A program made the position numbers and the translations under genes. The notes below the pieces were generated by a model that saw nothing but the letters and a program-made list of their open reading frames with translations, made no database searches and had not been told where the DNA came from. Source: an uncultured Pseudomonadales bacterium (GTDB lineage: Bacteria; Patescibacteriota; Microgenomatia; UBA1400; PJMF01). From it: a stretch of DNA of 64,000 nucleotides. How positions within the stretch are numbered: position 1 is the first letter of the stretch; every line of letters begins with the position of its first letter. Below are positions 8,711-17,649 of the stretch, piece after piece. Where the stretch lies: NCBI GenBank assembly GCA_964511345.1, contig CAZEEV010000001.1:8089-72088 (forward strand), read 5' to 3'.

Positions 8711-11341
8711 ATGTATAAAAAACTGAACAAAGTTTTTTTTAGTATTTTGCTTTGTTTTTTAGCGTTTAATCTTGTCACAACTAATTTAGTGCAGGCCGAA
8801 GGTCCAGCAGTAATTTCTAATATAACTATTGATCCAGATTTAGATATTTCTCGTTTTGGTGCATATATTATTAATGCGACGATTGATAATTACTTGACGA
8901 CTGACCCAGTGAACATCAACATTAGCACCCTTAATGGAGACGGTGGAGAAAGCTGGAACTATTATGCTGATGGCACAGCTGACTCACAGACTTTAGAACT
9001 TTTGATGACTTATTTAAGTGGCAATATTTGGCGAAAAACCAGTATTTATCCAGACTACATTTATCCAGAGATTTTTTTTGCTCCATCCAATGTTACTTGG
9101 TATAACGTTCCTAGTGAATTGCCAATTAGACGCAATGATTATCATCTTTTGCACTTTGAAAATTCTTTTACGATGCGAGCAGAGATGAATTTTTGGATTG
9201 AAATTAATGCTTTAGCTAGAGCAGCTAATTCAGCTGATTTGCAAATTTATTTAGTCGCAGAAAATAAACCTGCTAGTTTTTTTGAAAGTGATTGGCGCAA
9301 TAGCGCAGATGTAGAACTTGTCGGCACGATTGATAAAGAGGCGGCATTTCATCATCAACACACTAGCAATTCTAGCCATCATTTGGTGGCTCTGACAGTT
9401 AATGCTGATGGCACAGTAGGAAATAAAAGTTTAAATATCGATAATGATTTTTGGATTATTGTCTATAACACTTCGCCAAATTTAGCTCGCGGTTGGGATT
9501 TGCGTTACCATGCATCCAATTTATGTACTAATAATAATGGTTGGTATCGTGGGAATCAGGCTGGTTGGAGCATTGCTGCTCAAACTGGTTGTCCTGATAC
9601 TCATATCCATGTAGCTAGACGCACTGAGGGGTTTGCCGATAGAGTGCAGGCGATAGTTACTGCTGGTGAAGTGAGTGAGACGGCAACTTTTTCTTTTGCG
9701 CCTTTACCAAATTTAGCGCCAAATGCGACTCGTTTTTTAAGTCCTAACGCTGGAACTTACGAAGGTAATGTGACTATTAGTTGGGATCCAGCAACTGATC
9801 CAAATAATGATTCTTTAACTTACAATATTGATTTACTTGATGCAGAGGGTAATGTTTTAAGTAATTTATTAACAGACGGAGCTACGACCAGCGCTGTTTT
9901 AAACAGTACTGCATTAGATGATGGCGAATATAGTTTGGCTGGCGAGGTTTGTGACAGCGAGCCTCTTTGTACTAGCTTTACCTTGGAGTATAGCTTTTTC
10001 ATTGATAACGTTGATGAAATTTATAATATTTCTTCATTGAGCTTAAGTAGCGATGGTGATGATATTAGTGTGGCAGAAATAGGCGATCGAGTAACTCTCT
10101 TATTTATGGCTGATGGAGAGATTGTCGCACCAAGTGTAATTTTTTATTCAGGAGGTATAAGTGTTACTCAAGAGATTACTGTTGAAAGTTTAGGTGATAA
10201 CTACTGGTCGGCTAGTTATGTGGTTGATGAAAATGATACAACTGGTGTAGTTAGTTTTGTTTTAAGCGGCGCCAACTTAGCGGATACTTATGTGGATACG
10301 AGTGACGAATCGTTGGTAACTGTAGTTATGCCGACTCCTACTCCCACCCCAACCCCTACTCCGACTCCTACTCCAACTTCCACGCCGACCCCCACCCCAA
10401 CTCCAAGTAACCTAGTAAGTCTATTGACTGCTGCTCGTGCTCCCAAATGCACAGATTCAATTACTAGTGAGAGGCCTCAGTTATTTCAAACTACTGTTCA
10501 AGACAATAGAGTAACAGTTTTTTTTACTCCGCTTGGCGGTGTAAGTGAATATTATTTATCTTATTCCAATAATAATAATGCTGAAGAACATGGTTTAATG
10601 GTAACCTTAAGCGATCAGGGAGTGCAGCAATGGACCATTGGTGATTTAAATTTTGATGCAACTTATTATTTTAAAGTAAGAGGTCAAAAAGGGTGTGCAG
10701 CAGGCAATTGGTCCAACATTCAAAAAATAGAAATTACCAAAATAAAACAAACTGGTCAGGGTTCAAGTACTGCACAAACAAATGAGTCAACAGATGCTTG
10801 TAGCTACATTGTAAAGTCAGGAGATACTTTGTTTGGCATTGCTCAAAAATTAAATTTAAATCTGGAAGAGCTGATTAATATCAATAAGACTAAATATCCT
10901 ACTGTAGAAAAATTATTGCAAATAGATTGGCAATTAGATTTGCCTTGCAAACAAAACGAAAATGAACCTTCTTTGCAAGAAGTGTCTAATCAAGCTTACG
11001 AATTACATCTAAAATTAAAAAATGAGGGCAAACCATTAGTGGGAGCACAAATTGAATTACACTCTGATCCAAAAAGTGGGAAAACTGATCAAAATGGAGA
11101 ATTAATTTTGCGTGATATAGAACCAGGAGAACATACTTTAAAAATTGCTTATCAAGATTTGGCAACAGAGCAGAAAATTCAGTTTGAAGGGGAAAAACAA
11201 GTTATTGATTTAACGGTTAACGTAACTCTGCAAGATAAAAAATTTACCTGGTGGCATTGGTTAATGATCTCCATTGGTTTGATTACTGCAGCTGGAGCTG
11301 GTTTTTATATTAGAGGCGATTATAAAAAACGCTCTAGCTAA
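8711..11341 (+). CDS. large secreted/surface protein with FN3-like domain, PT linker, Cys-bracketed module, LysM domain and C-terminal TM anchor
   Basis: The start was moved to MYKK, which carries the signal peptide 'FFSILLCFLAFNLVTTNLVQA'. Other elements: 'PTPTPTPTPTPTPTPTSTPTPTPTP'; LysM 'YIVKSGDTLFGIAQKLNLNLEELININ'; a C-terminal 'WWHWLMISIGLITAAGAGFYI' TM segment with basic tail. Confidence 0.7.
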   Translation: MYKKLNKVFFSILLCFLAFNLVTTNLVQAEGPAVISNITIDPDLDISRFGAYIINATIDNYLTTDPVNINISTLNGDGGESWNYYADGTADSQTLELLMTYLSGNIWRKTSIYPDYIYPEIFFAPSNVTWYNVPSELPIRRNDYHLLHFENSFTMRAEMNFWIEINALARAANSADLQIYLVAENKPASFFESDWRNSADVELVGTIDKEAAFHHQHTSNSSHHLVALTVNADGTVGNKSLNIDNDFWIIVYNTSPNLARGWDLRYHASNLCTNNNGWYRGNQAGWSIAAQTGCPDTHIHVARRTEGFADRVQAIVTAGEVSETATFSFAPLPNLAPNATRFLSPNAGTYEGNVTISWDPATDPNNDSLTYNIDLLDAEGNVLSNLLTDGATTSAVLNSTALDDGEYSLAGEVCDSEPLCTSFTLEYSFFIDNVDEIYNISSLSLSSDGDDISVAEIGDRVTLLFMADGEIVAPSVIFYSGGISVTQEITVESLGDNYWSASYVVDENDTTGVVSFVLSGANLADTYVDTSDESLVTVVMPTPTPTPTPTPTPTPTSTPTPTPTPSNLVSLLTAARAPKCTDSITSERPQLFQTTVQDNRVTVFFTPLGGVSEYYLSYSNNNNAEEHGLMVTLSDQGVQQWTIGDLNFDATYYFKVRGQKGCAAGNWSNIQKIEITKIKQTGQGSSTAQTNESTDACSYIVKSGDTLFGIAQKLNLNLEELININKTKYPTVEKLLQIDWQLDLPCKQNENEPSLQEVSNQAYELHLKLKNEGKPLVGAQIELHSDPKSGKTDQNGELILRDIEPGEHTLKIAYQDLATEQKIQFEGEKQVIDLTVNVTLQDKKFTWWHWLMISIGLITAAGAGFYIRGDYKKRSS
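10321..10410 (+). repeat. hexanucleotide-type coding microsatellite (ccNacN)n encoding a Pro-Thr linker
   Basis: The tandem 'ccgactcctactcccaccccaaccc...' is read directly. Similar tracts occur at 14631-14670 and 15110-15135. Confidence 0.8.
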
Positions 11342-11421
11342 AAGACTTTACTTAGTTTTATGACTGGTATTTTGTCCAAATAATTGATAAAATCACTGCT
11401 GTTAATTTAACAAGTCCACAA

Positions 11422-11496
11422 TCCTCGATAGCTCAATGGCAGAGCAGGAAGCTGTTAACTTCAAGGTTCTAGGTTCGAGTCCTAGTCGGGGAGCCA
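11422..11496 (+). tRNA. tRNA-Asn (anticodon GTT)
   Basis: The cloverleaf was folded by hand. Acceptor tcctcga/tcgggga. Anticodon loop ctGTTaa. T-loop ggttcgagtcc. Encoded CCA. Confidence 0.85.
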
Positions 11497-11525
11497 ATAG
11501 TCACTTATTCGAATGGCAATAATTT

Positions 11526-12092
11526 ATGGATCCAAAAATTAAAGCAATTTATTTTAGATTAGAAAATTTGTTAGCAACTATTCCTGATTCTGGAAAGCAT
11601 TACAGAATTAACCAATCGATTGTTGATAGTTATCATCAAGCTATTGACCAGCTTTCTTCTATAACCGATGAGTCATTTGATCATTTTAAGGTTTCACCAT
11701 CAGAATCTGAGGGTGGATATGGAACATACGGAGACAAGACCTTCTGGGTAACTGATTCTGTCAAAACTCAAATTGCTAGTTTGTTGGGGCATATTAAAGG
11801 AATATATTCCCTAGATCAAATGGCAACAATTGATTCCGAAAATAATCCTATAATCACAGTTATAAATCAAAATACAATGGCTGTTACGTTAAATCTTACA
11901 CTTTCTCAATTAATTGAGAAATCAACAGATGAAACAGAGAAAGAAAAGTTAATTGAACTAGATAAAGAGCTAAAATCACCAAACAAAAACTGGGAGAAAA
12001 TTAAAAGTATTCTTGTTTGGGTTGCTGATTTTAGTAAAGATCTTTTTTTTCAACTTTTACCCATAATTTTAAAACACTATGGTGTTAACTAA
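11526..12092 (+). CDS. hypothetical protein
   Basis: A 188 aa ORF with no recognisable motifs, lying downstream of tRNA-Asn. Confidence 0.45.
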   Translation: MDPKIKAIYFRLENLLATIPDSGKHYRINQSIVDSYHQAIDQLSSITDESFDHFKVSPSESEGGYGTYGDKTFWVTDSVKTQIASLLGHIKGIYSLDQMATIDSENNPIITVINQNTMAVTLNLTLSQLIEKSTDETEKEKLIELDKELKSPNKNWEKIKSILVWVADFSKDLFFQLLPIILKHYGVN

Positions 12093-12181
12093 TTTACATT
12101 GATACTTTCAAGGAAATTAATATTTAACATGATATTTCGAATAAGCTCATGAACAGGGAGCATATTTGCTATAATCAACCT

Positions 12182-12487
12182 ATGTCTAAAAATCCTTTTG
12201 TTAACGCCCTCAGTGCTTCAGCATATATTTTTCTCGTTGTCTCTGCAATGAACTTTGTTACTCAGCCATTGAGAGATAAGCCTGATACTTTTTTTGCTCC
12301 GATCGCAGTTTTATTTGTGCTGACTCTTTCCGTTGCAGTAATGGCGTTTCTATTTTTTTATCAGCCGTTGCAGCTTTTTATTGGAGGCAAGAAAAAAGAA
12401 GCAGTTAACTTATTTACTAAAACTGTGGGAATTTTTGCAGCTATCACTGCTATTGTTTTAATTCTGCTTTTTTCTGGTCTTATTTAA
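12182..12487 (+). CDS. small membrane protein (3 predicted TM segments)
   Basis: Hydrophobic segments. The start was chosen at MSKNPF, 6 nt after a TATAAT box at 12170-12175, so the transcript is probably leaderless. Confidence 0.45.
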   Translation: MSKNPFVNALSASAYIFLVVSAMNFVTQPLRDKPDTFFAPIAVLFVLTLSVAVMAFLFFYQPLQLFIGGKKKEAVNLFTKTVGIFAAITAIVLILLFSGLI

Positions 12488-12494
12488 TTACTAT

Positions 12495-13163
12495 CTAAAT
12501 TTCCTCCGCTTCTACCTCTTCTCTTAAAGCTTTCAAGTTAAGAATTTCAAGACATCCTTTTTGGTCGCTAATTAATTTTTTGAGTTTAATTTTTTGTAGA
12601 GTTTTATTAAGGTATTCTCTGGAAATACAGAGCATGTTGGCTAATTCTTCTTGGGTCAAGTTTATACGTAGGGTGCATTGTTTACCACATTTATCCCCGT
12701 GAAATTCAGCTAGGAATAATAACTCAGCAATTACTCGCGCATAAATGTTTCTTTCTCCAAGAATGAGGACTTGAGAAAGTAAATAAACATTATTGCGAGA
12801 AACTTGCTGCATGTAAGCCCCAAAAGCTATTGGCTCAGTGGTAATTAGATCTGAAAATTCTTGGCAACTTAAGCGATAAACCAAACAATCAGTAATGCTT
12901 TGTGCCGCAATATTAACCGTTGGTTGGGCCATGACGCTGCCAACTTTACCAAAAATAGTTCCTGCTTCGCCGATGGCTAGAATTTGTTCAGCCCCACCAA
13001 CTTTAGTGGAAGAGAGCATGGCTTGACCTGATTCAAGATAATAAATGCCTTGAGCGCTGTCTTCTGGTCGAAAAAATTGGCGACCTTTTTTATAATTAAT
13101 TTTTAAGCCGTATTTTTGGAAATACGGAACAATTGGCTGAGTCATTGTTTTGATATTTTTCAT
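12495..13163 (-). CDS. Crp/Fnr-family transcriptional regulator
   Basis: An N-terminal cNMP-binding-like beta-roll and a C-terminal HTH 'QEELANMLCISREYLNKTLQKIK'. Confidence 0.75.
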   Translation of the reverse strand: MKNIKTMTQPIVPYFQKYGLKINYKKGRQFFRPEDSAQGIYYLESGQAMLSSTKVGGAEQILAIGEAGTIFGKVGSVMAQPTVNIAAQSITDCLVYRLSCQEFSDLITTEPIAFGAYMQQVSRNNVYLLSQVLILGERNIYARVIAELLFLAEFHGDKCGKQCTLRINLTQEELANMLCISREYLNKTLQKIKLKKLISDQKGCLEILNLKALREEVEAEEI

Positions 13164-13249
13164 ATATTTAATGTGTGAAGTGGTTCACAAATTTTATTTT
13201 AACAAGTTCATAGTAAATTGCTAGCCGAATTTATATTATAAAAATAACT

Positions 13250-15208
13250 ATGAAAAAATTGTTGCTATTTTTGTTGCTAGTTACCCTATCTTTTCCGCCA
13301 CTGATCAAAGCGGATGGCGAAATAGCAATTGATAGCTGGACAGAATTGGTAAGCATTGGAATTGATGCCAATTATCCATGTAGTGGCAGTTATTTATTAA
13401 CTAAAAATTTAACTAGTAGTGACGTCGATTATGCTACGGTAGCGGGTGCCGAAGCAGGTTTTCAACCTATTTGTAGTGCTGGAGATGATTTTTCTGGTAT
13501 TTTTGATGGACAAAATTATGAAATTCAAGATCTAGTTATTAATTCTGCCGAAGGCGCTGCTTTATTTAGTGATTTAGAGGGTGCAACTATCAAAAATCTT
13601 TCTTTAGTTGATATTAGTGTAACTGGAGATGGCTATTATGTTGGTGGTCTAGCCAAAAGAACTAGTGGCGGTGCGATTGAAAATGTACATGTTTCAGGAA
13701 CAATTAATAATAATGCAGAACTGGCGGATTGTACTGGTGGGATGATTGGTAGCGTTGAGGAATCCACGACTATTTCTGAATCATCTGCTAATATAAACGT
13801 AACTGGTTCTCGCTACGTTGGCGGATTAGTTGGTTGCTCCAATTATGAAGGTGAGAATGAAACGGGTGCGACCATTTCTCAATCTTATTCAGAGGGAATT
13901 GTAGATGCAACTGTTGGTTATGTTGGCGGATTAGTTGGTGCTGGTCAGATAACGGTTATTAACAATTCTTATTCTACAGTCACTATCACTGGAAGTGCTA
14001 GTCGCGTTGGTGGCTTAGTTGGTAAGATGAATGATGGGGAAGTTTCTAAATCATATTCTGATAACGGAACAATATCTGGAGATAATTATCTTGGTGGATT
14101 AATAGGCTGGGCGCAAAGCACCACTATTCGCGATACCTATTCTCGATCTAATGTCAGTGCGACTGGACAATTTATTGGTGGTTTAGTTGGAATGCTGGGT
14201 AGTGAAATGATGGGCAGTATTTATAGCTCTTATGCTACAGGAAATGTAGAAGGACTTTATACCATTGGTGGACTTGTAGGTGGTATTAGTGATGACGACA
14301 TACACGATTCATTTTCGACTGGAAATATCACTTTATTGGATTCTGGAGCTTGGATAGGCGGAGTATTTGGAGACTATCAAAGCACTTGGACGATTGACAA
14401 TGTCTACTGGTATCAGTCAGCTCACAACTCAGAATTAACTTGTTATAACGGAGGAGATTGTGATGGTAATGATACGGCAATATCGACAGAACAGGGATTG
14501 TCATATTTCTATGATGCCACTAATGAGCCATTAAATGTTTGGAATTTCACCACTGTTTGGTTTGAGAATGAGAATGACTATCCAACCTTAAGAGATATGC
14601 CTGGGGAAGATATTGGTGATAACGATGAACAGCCAACTCCTACGCCTACTCCTACTCCAACACCAACTTCTAGTAGTCGTCATTTGAGTAGCAAGTCAGC
14701 ACCGGTTTGCAGTGATCAAAAGCCCAGTGCTCCTGATTTGTTTCAAATCAACACCACTTTGACTAATGCTAAGTTGTATTTCACTCCACTATTTAACGCT
14801 GATACTTATGTTATCAGCTTCTCCACTAATCCTTTAGCTGAAGAACACGGGGAAGAAGTTACTCTGACTCGTGAAGGTGTGCAATCACACCAAATTTATT
14901 TTCTAAGACCCAACACCACTTATTATCTCAAAGTTAGAGGTCAAAACGGTTGCGCGGCAGGTGAGTGGAGCAATATTATGGAAGTGAAAACTGACGCTAG
15001 AATTTATTACAAAAATTTCTCTCCTAGAAATTCAATTTCTTCTTTCCAGCAAAACAACTTTAATGATGAAGATGACACAAAAGCGTTCATCACTCCTCAG
15101 CCCGAGCCTGCTACTCCGACTCCTACACCCACACAGAACATGGAGCAAGAAAATTCAGGCTCCGAGTCTCAAAATGCTAAAAAATGTTTCTTATGGTGGT
15201 GTTGGTAG
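13250..15208 (+). CDS. secreted surface protein with ~9 GLUG-type repeats, PT linker and the same Cys-bracketed C-terminal module as the 8711-11341 protein
   Basis: Signal peptide 'LLLFLLLVTLSFPPLIKA'. Repeated 'YVGGLVG/ IGGLVG' units. 'PTPTPTPTPTPT'. The module '...YYLKVRGQNGCAAGEWSNI' is paralogous to '...YYFKVRGQKGCAAGNWSNI'. Confidence 0.7.
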   Translation: MKKLLLFLLLVTLSFPPLIKADGEIAIDSWTELVSIGIDANYPCSGSYLLTKNLTSSDVDYATVAGAEAGFQPICSAGDDFSGIFDGQNYEIQDLVINSAEGAALFSDLEGATIKNLSLVDISVTGDGYYVGGLAKRTSGGAIENVHVSGTINNNAELADCTGGMIGSVEESTTISESSANINVTGSRYVGGLVGCSNYEGENETGATISQSYSEGIVDATVGYVGGLVGAGQITVINNSYSTVTITGSASRVGGLVGKMNDGEVSKSYSDNGTISGDNYLGGLIGWAQSTTIRDTYSRSNVSATGQFIGGLVGMLGSEMMGSIYSSYATGNVEGLYTIGGLVGGISDDDIHDSFSTGNITLLDSGAWIGGVFGDYQSTWTIDNVYWYQSAHNSELTCYNGGDCDGNDTAISTEQGLSYFYDATNEPLNVWNFTTVWFENENDYPTLRDMPGEDIGDNDEQPTPTPTPTPTPTSSSRHLSSKSAPVCSDQKPSAPDLFQINTTLTNAKLYFTPLFNADTYVISFSTNPLAEEHGEEVTLTREGVQSHQIYFLRPNTTYYLKVRGQNGCAAGEWSNIMEVKTDARIYYKNFSPRNSISSFQQNNFNDEDDTKAFITPQPEPATPTPTPTQNMEQENSGSESQNAKKCFLWWCW

Positions 15209-15291
15209 AGGAGTTTTTACCACAACGAACAAATAGACCTCAAAAAGAAGAAACTTGCCATTTCAATAGTATAATTGATTATAATCTCGTC

Positions 15292-15591
15292 ATGCACAAT
15301 TCTCACGAAAACGAGCAGCCGCCTATGAAGAATGTCTCTGTTGGTTTATATGGTCATACTGCAGATGAATCTTTGGAAGAAAAAATTGCTCAAATCCAAG
15401 CTTTCCTTACTAAAAACGGTGGAACTTGTAATGTGCTTAGAAAACCAGTCAACAAAACAGATGCTGATCTTTTAATTGAATTTCACGCTAACATCCCAGA
15501 ATGGTTTGTTAATCAGCATCATGCTTTTGATAGCGTATTAAACAGCACCACTAATGGTTTTGGCGTAGCCTGGGTGGAGGATATTAATTAA
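15292..15591 (+). CDS. hypothetical protein
   Basis: An ORF with a TATAAT box (15280-15285) 6 nt upstream of the ATG. It may extend to 15184 in the same frame. Confidence 0.35.
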   Translation: MHNSHENEQPPMKNVSVGLYGHTADESLEEKIAQIQAFLTKNGGTCNVLRKPVNKTDADLLIEFHANIPEWFVNQHHAFDSVLNSTTNGFGVAWVEDIN

Positions 15592-15594
15592 TTT

Positions 15595-16116
15595 ATGCAA
15601 CTGACTAGACCAAACATAAAATATAAAAAAAGTTTTCTAGAGGCCTTGCTCGAATATCAGAGTGAAGAAGTGAAGATTAAGCACAATCGAAATCGACATT
15701 ACAATAATTTGGACAAAGATGATTTGATAAAGGATTTCAACACTTACATTTCGAGTGAATTAGCCAAAGAAAAAGGCCTTAATATTCCTGCTGGCTATGT
15801 AGCAGAGTCAGTTTTTTGGTTGATAGATCAAGAAGAATTTATTGGCAAAGTTAATATTAGGCATCAATTAACTGAAAAGTTAAAACAAGCTGGTGGTCAC
15901 ATTGGCTATGACATTCGACCCTCTCTAAGAAATCGAGGTTATGGTAAAAATATTTTGCGTTTAGCTCTTGAAGAAGCCAAAAAAATAGGTAAAGATCAAG
16001 TCTTGCTCACTTGTAACGTCAATAATTTACCTTCAAAAAAAGTGATCGAAGAAAATGGTGGCATTTTTCAAGATCAATTAAATGATAATTTACGTTATTG
16101 GATCAAATTGAAATAA
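15595..16116 (+). CDS. GNAT family N-acetyltransferase
   Basis: 'RNRGYGKNILRLALEEAKKIG' resembles the acetyl-CoA binding motif A (R/Q-x-x-G-x-G/A). Confidence 0.7.
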   Translation: MQLTRPNIKYKKSFLEALLEYQSEEVKIKHNRNRHYNNLDKDDLIKDFNTYISSELAKEKGLNIPAGYVAESVFWLIDQEEFIGKVNIRHQLTEKLKQAGGHIGYDIRPSLRNRGYGKNILRLALEEAKKIGKDQVLLTCNVNNLPSKKVIEENGGIFQDQLNDNLRYWIKLK

Positions 16117-16185
16117 TCGGTTGATTTACCTGTAGTATTCTGCGCTAAAATCTGGTATATATCATTCCGTATCAAAAAGAATAAT

Positions 16186-16770
16186 ATGTCGCGAGAATAT
16201 CCAAAGGGTTGGGAGATTTTATACTCACAAAACGAGATTGCAGAGGCAACAAATAATTTAATAGAAGAAATCTCTCAGATTGATGGCATAACTGAGAAAC
16301 CAGTAATTTTAATTCAAATTCTAGAAAGCGCACGTGTTTTTGCCGAGAATTTACGAGCAGGATTAGCTGCTAAAAATATTAATGTCAGAGTGGAGTCTAT
16401 CAAAGCGAGTAGCTATAACGGTGAACCTGGTGAGCAAAGTGGCTTAAAAATTAATGGTCTAGAAAGCATTAAATTTTCAGGTAATGAAATTATTTTGGTA
16501 GTTGATGACATGGTTGACTCTGGCAACACCATGAAAGAAGTTATAGAGCGAGTGAAGGTGATAGCCAGTAGTGCTCCGGTTTTTGCGACAGTTTTGCTCC
16601 AAAAAATTTGTTCTATGTTTAAACCAGATTTCGCAGCCATTAAAAATTGTCCAAATCGTTGGGTAGCCGGACATGGTATCAATGGCAACTCTCCAGATGA
16701 GTTAGGTGAACAAGATGGTAGAGATTTGCCAGATATTATTGCTAAGGTGCAGAATTCTGAGTTACAATGA
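16186..16770 (+). CDS. hpt: hypoxanthine-guanine phosphoribosyltransferase
   Basis: PRPP-binding motif 'ILVVDDMVDSGNTM', with type I PRTase fold organisation. Confidence 0.75.
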   Translation: MSREYPKGWEILYSQNEIAEATNNLIEEISQIDGITEKPVILIQILESARVFAENLRAGLAAKNINVRVESIKASSYNGEPGEQSGLKINGLESIKFSGNEIILVVDDMVDSGNTMKEVIERVKVIASSAPVFATVLLQKICSMFKPDFAAIKNCPNRWVAGHGINGNSPDELGEQDGRDLPDIIAKVQNSELQ

Positions 16771-17006
16771 GGTGTATGAAAAAAGAAAATCTTTCCGCGG
16801 AATGTTGTCAAGATAAGTGTTTTTCCAGAGGCCATCATGACCACTGTGGTAGCTCAAATGCTATTTATGGTTTGGGAGTAGTTGGCGCTTTATTTTACTT
16901 TTTGCAAGGAGCAGCTGGTTTTACAGCAGTCATTGTAGGTATTGGCAAAGCCATTGTTTGGCCAGCCTTATTGATGTTTAAATTACTTACTTATTTGCAA
17001 ATGTAA
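16767..17006 (+). CDS. small Cys/His-rich membrane protein
   Basis: 'CCQDKCFSRGHHDHC' followed by two hydrophobic helices. The ATGA overlaps the hpt stop. Confidence 0.4.
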   Translation: MRCMKKENLSAECCQDKCFSRGHHDHCGSSNAIYGLGVVGALFYFLQGAAGFTAVIVGIGKAIVWPALLMFKLLTYLQM

Positions 17007-17028
17007 TTTTTAGTAATCTGTAGCGATT

Positions 17029-17643
17029 TCAATCGCTTTGTACAGCATTAAATTTCTTAAAACCCATTTCTTCAGGTATTTCTTCTTCTGCAGTAGTTAA
17101 GAAAAATAATAAACGATTGTCTTCAATAATTTCTTTTTTGCCAGTATGACCATCGGTAATTTCATTAGTATCCCACCAACGCTCTAAGAAAACATCTAGG
17201 TCAAAAACGCGATTTTGATTGGAAAAATCCTTGTATGGATCAACGATTACGAGTTGTTGCAGTTCTTCATCATAAAAAGAAATGACGCTATAGTGCCCAT
17301 AATCTCCTCCATCTTCTGTTTCTTCTTCTTCCTCTTCTTCAATTGAGTTATAAAACAATCCTTGCCACTCGACTCCAATAGCAATGTTTTTTTGTAATAA
17401 ATACTTTAAATCTTCAACTGAGGAATAGTATTTGTACCAAAAAGTGAGATGTGGTGCGATACGATTGCAGGCCACTGCAATTTGATCAATGCGCATGCCG
17501 TGTACAGCAATAGTTTTTTCTACTCCAGCTACTTCAGCAATTACTTGTTGAGTAGTGGTTACGCCGAGTGTTTCGAGCAACATTTGCAGTACAGCGGCGC
17601 CGCAGTGTTCTTCAGAAATTTGTGTAACCTGATGTATTTGCAT
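17029..17643 (-). CDS. C39-like (papain-fold) peptidase/transferase-domain protein
   Basis: 'QISEEHCGAAVLQMLL' fits the C39 Q...CG.A.L.M motif. A downstream 'GHYSVI' then 'IVDP' gives the Cys-His-Asp order. An internal E8 acidic tract is present. Confidence 0.55.
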   Translation of the reverse strand: MQIHQVTQISEEHCGAAVLQMLLETLGVTTTQQVIAEVAGVEKTIAVHGMRIDQIAVACNRIAPHLTFWYKYYSSVEDLKYLLQKNIAIGVEWQGLFYNSIEEEEEEETEDGGDYGHYSVISFYDEELQQLVIVDPYKDFSNQNRVFDLDVFLERWWDTNEITDGHTGKKEIIEDNRLLFFLTTAEEEIPEEMGFKKFNAVQSD

Positions 17644-17649
17644 AAGATA

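Noticed and set aside
10321-10410. Short tandem repeats that could be mistaken for a CRISPR or minisatellite locus
   Set aside because: They are in-frame ccNacN repeats encoding Pro-Thr linkers inside large surface proteins. There is no spacer/repeat periodicity of 25-40 bp.
15184-15291. Longer form of the small ORF after the GLUG protein, and a possible frameshift fusion with the GLUG protein C-terminus
   Set aside because: The hydrophobic stretch FLMVVLV is too short for a TM anchor, and there is no read evidence available. It is kept only as a low-priority note under the paralogous surface proteins finding.
17320-17345. ttcttcttcctcttcttc purine/pyrimidine tract
   Set aside because: It encodes the E8 acidic run of the C39-like protein on the minus strand and is not an independent repeat element.
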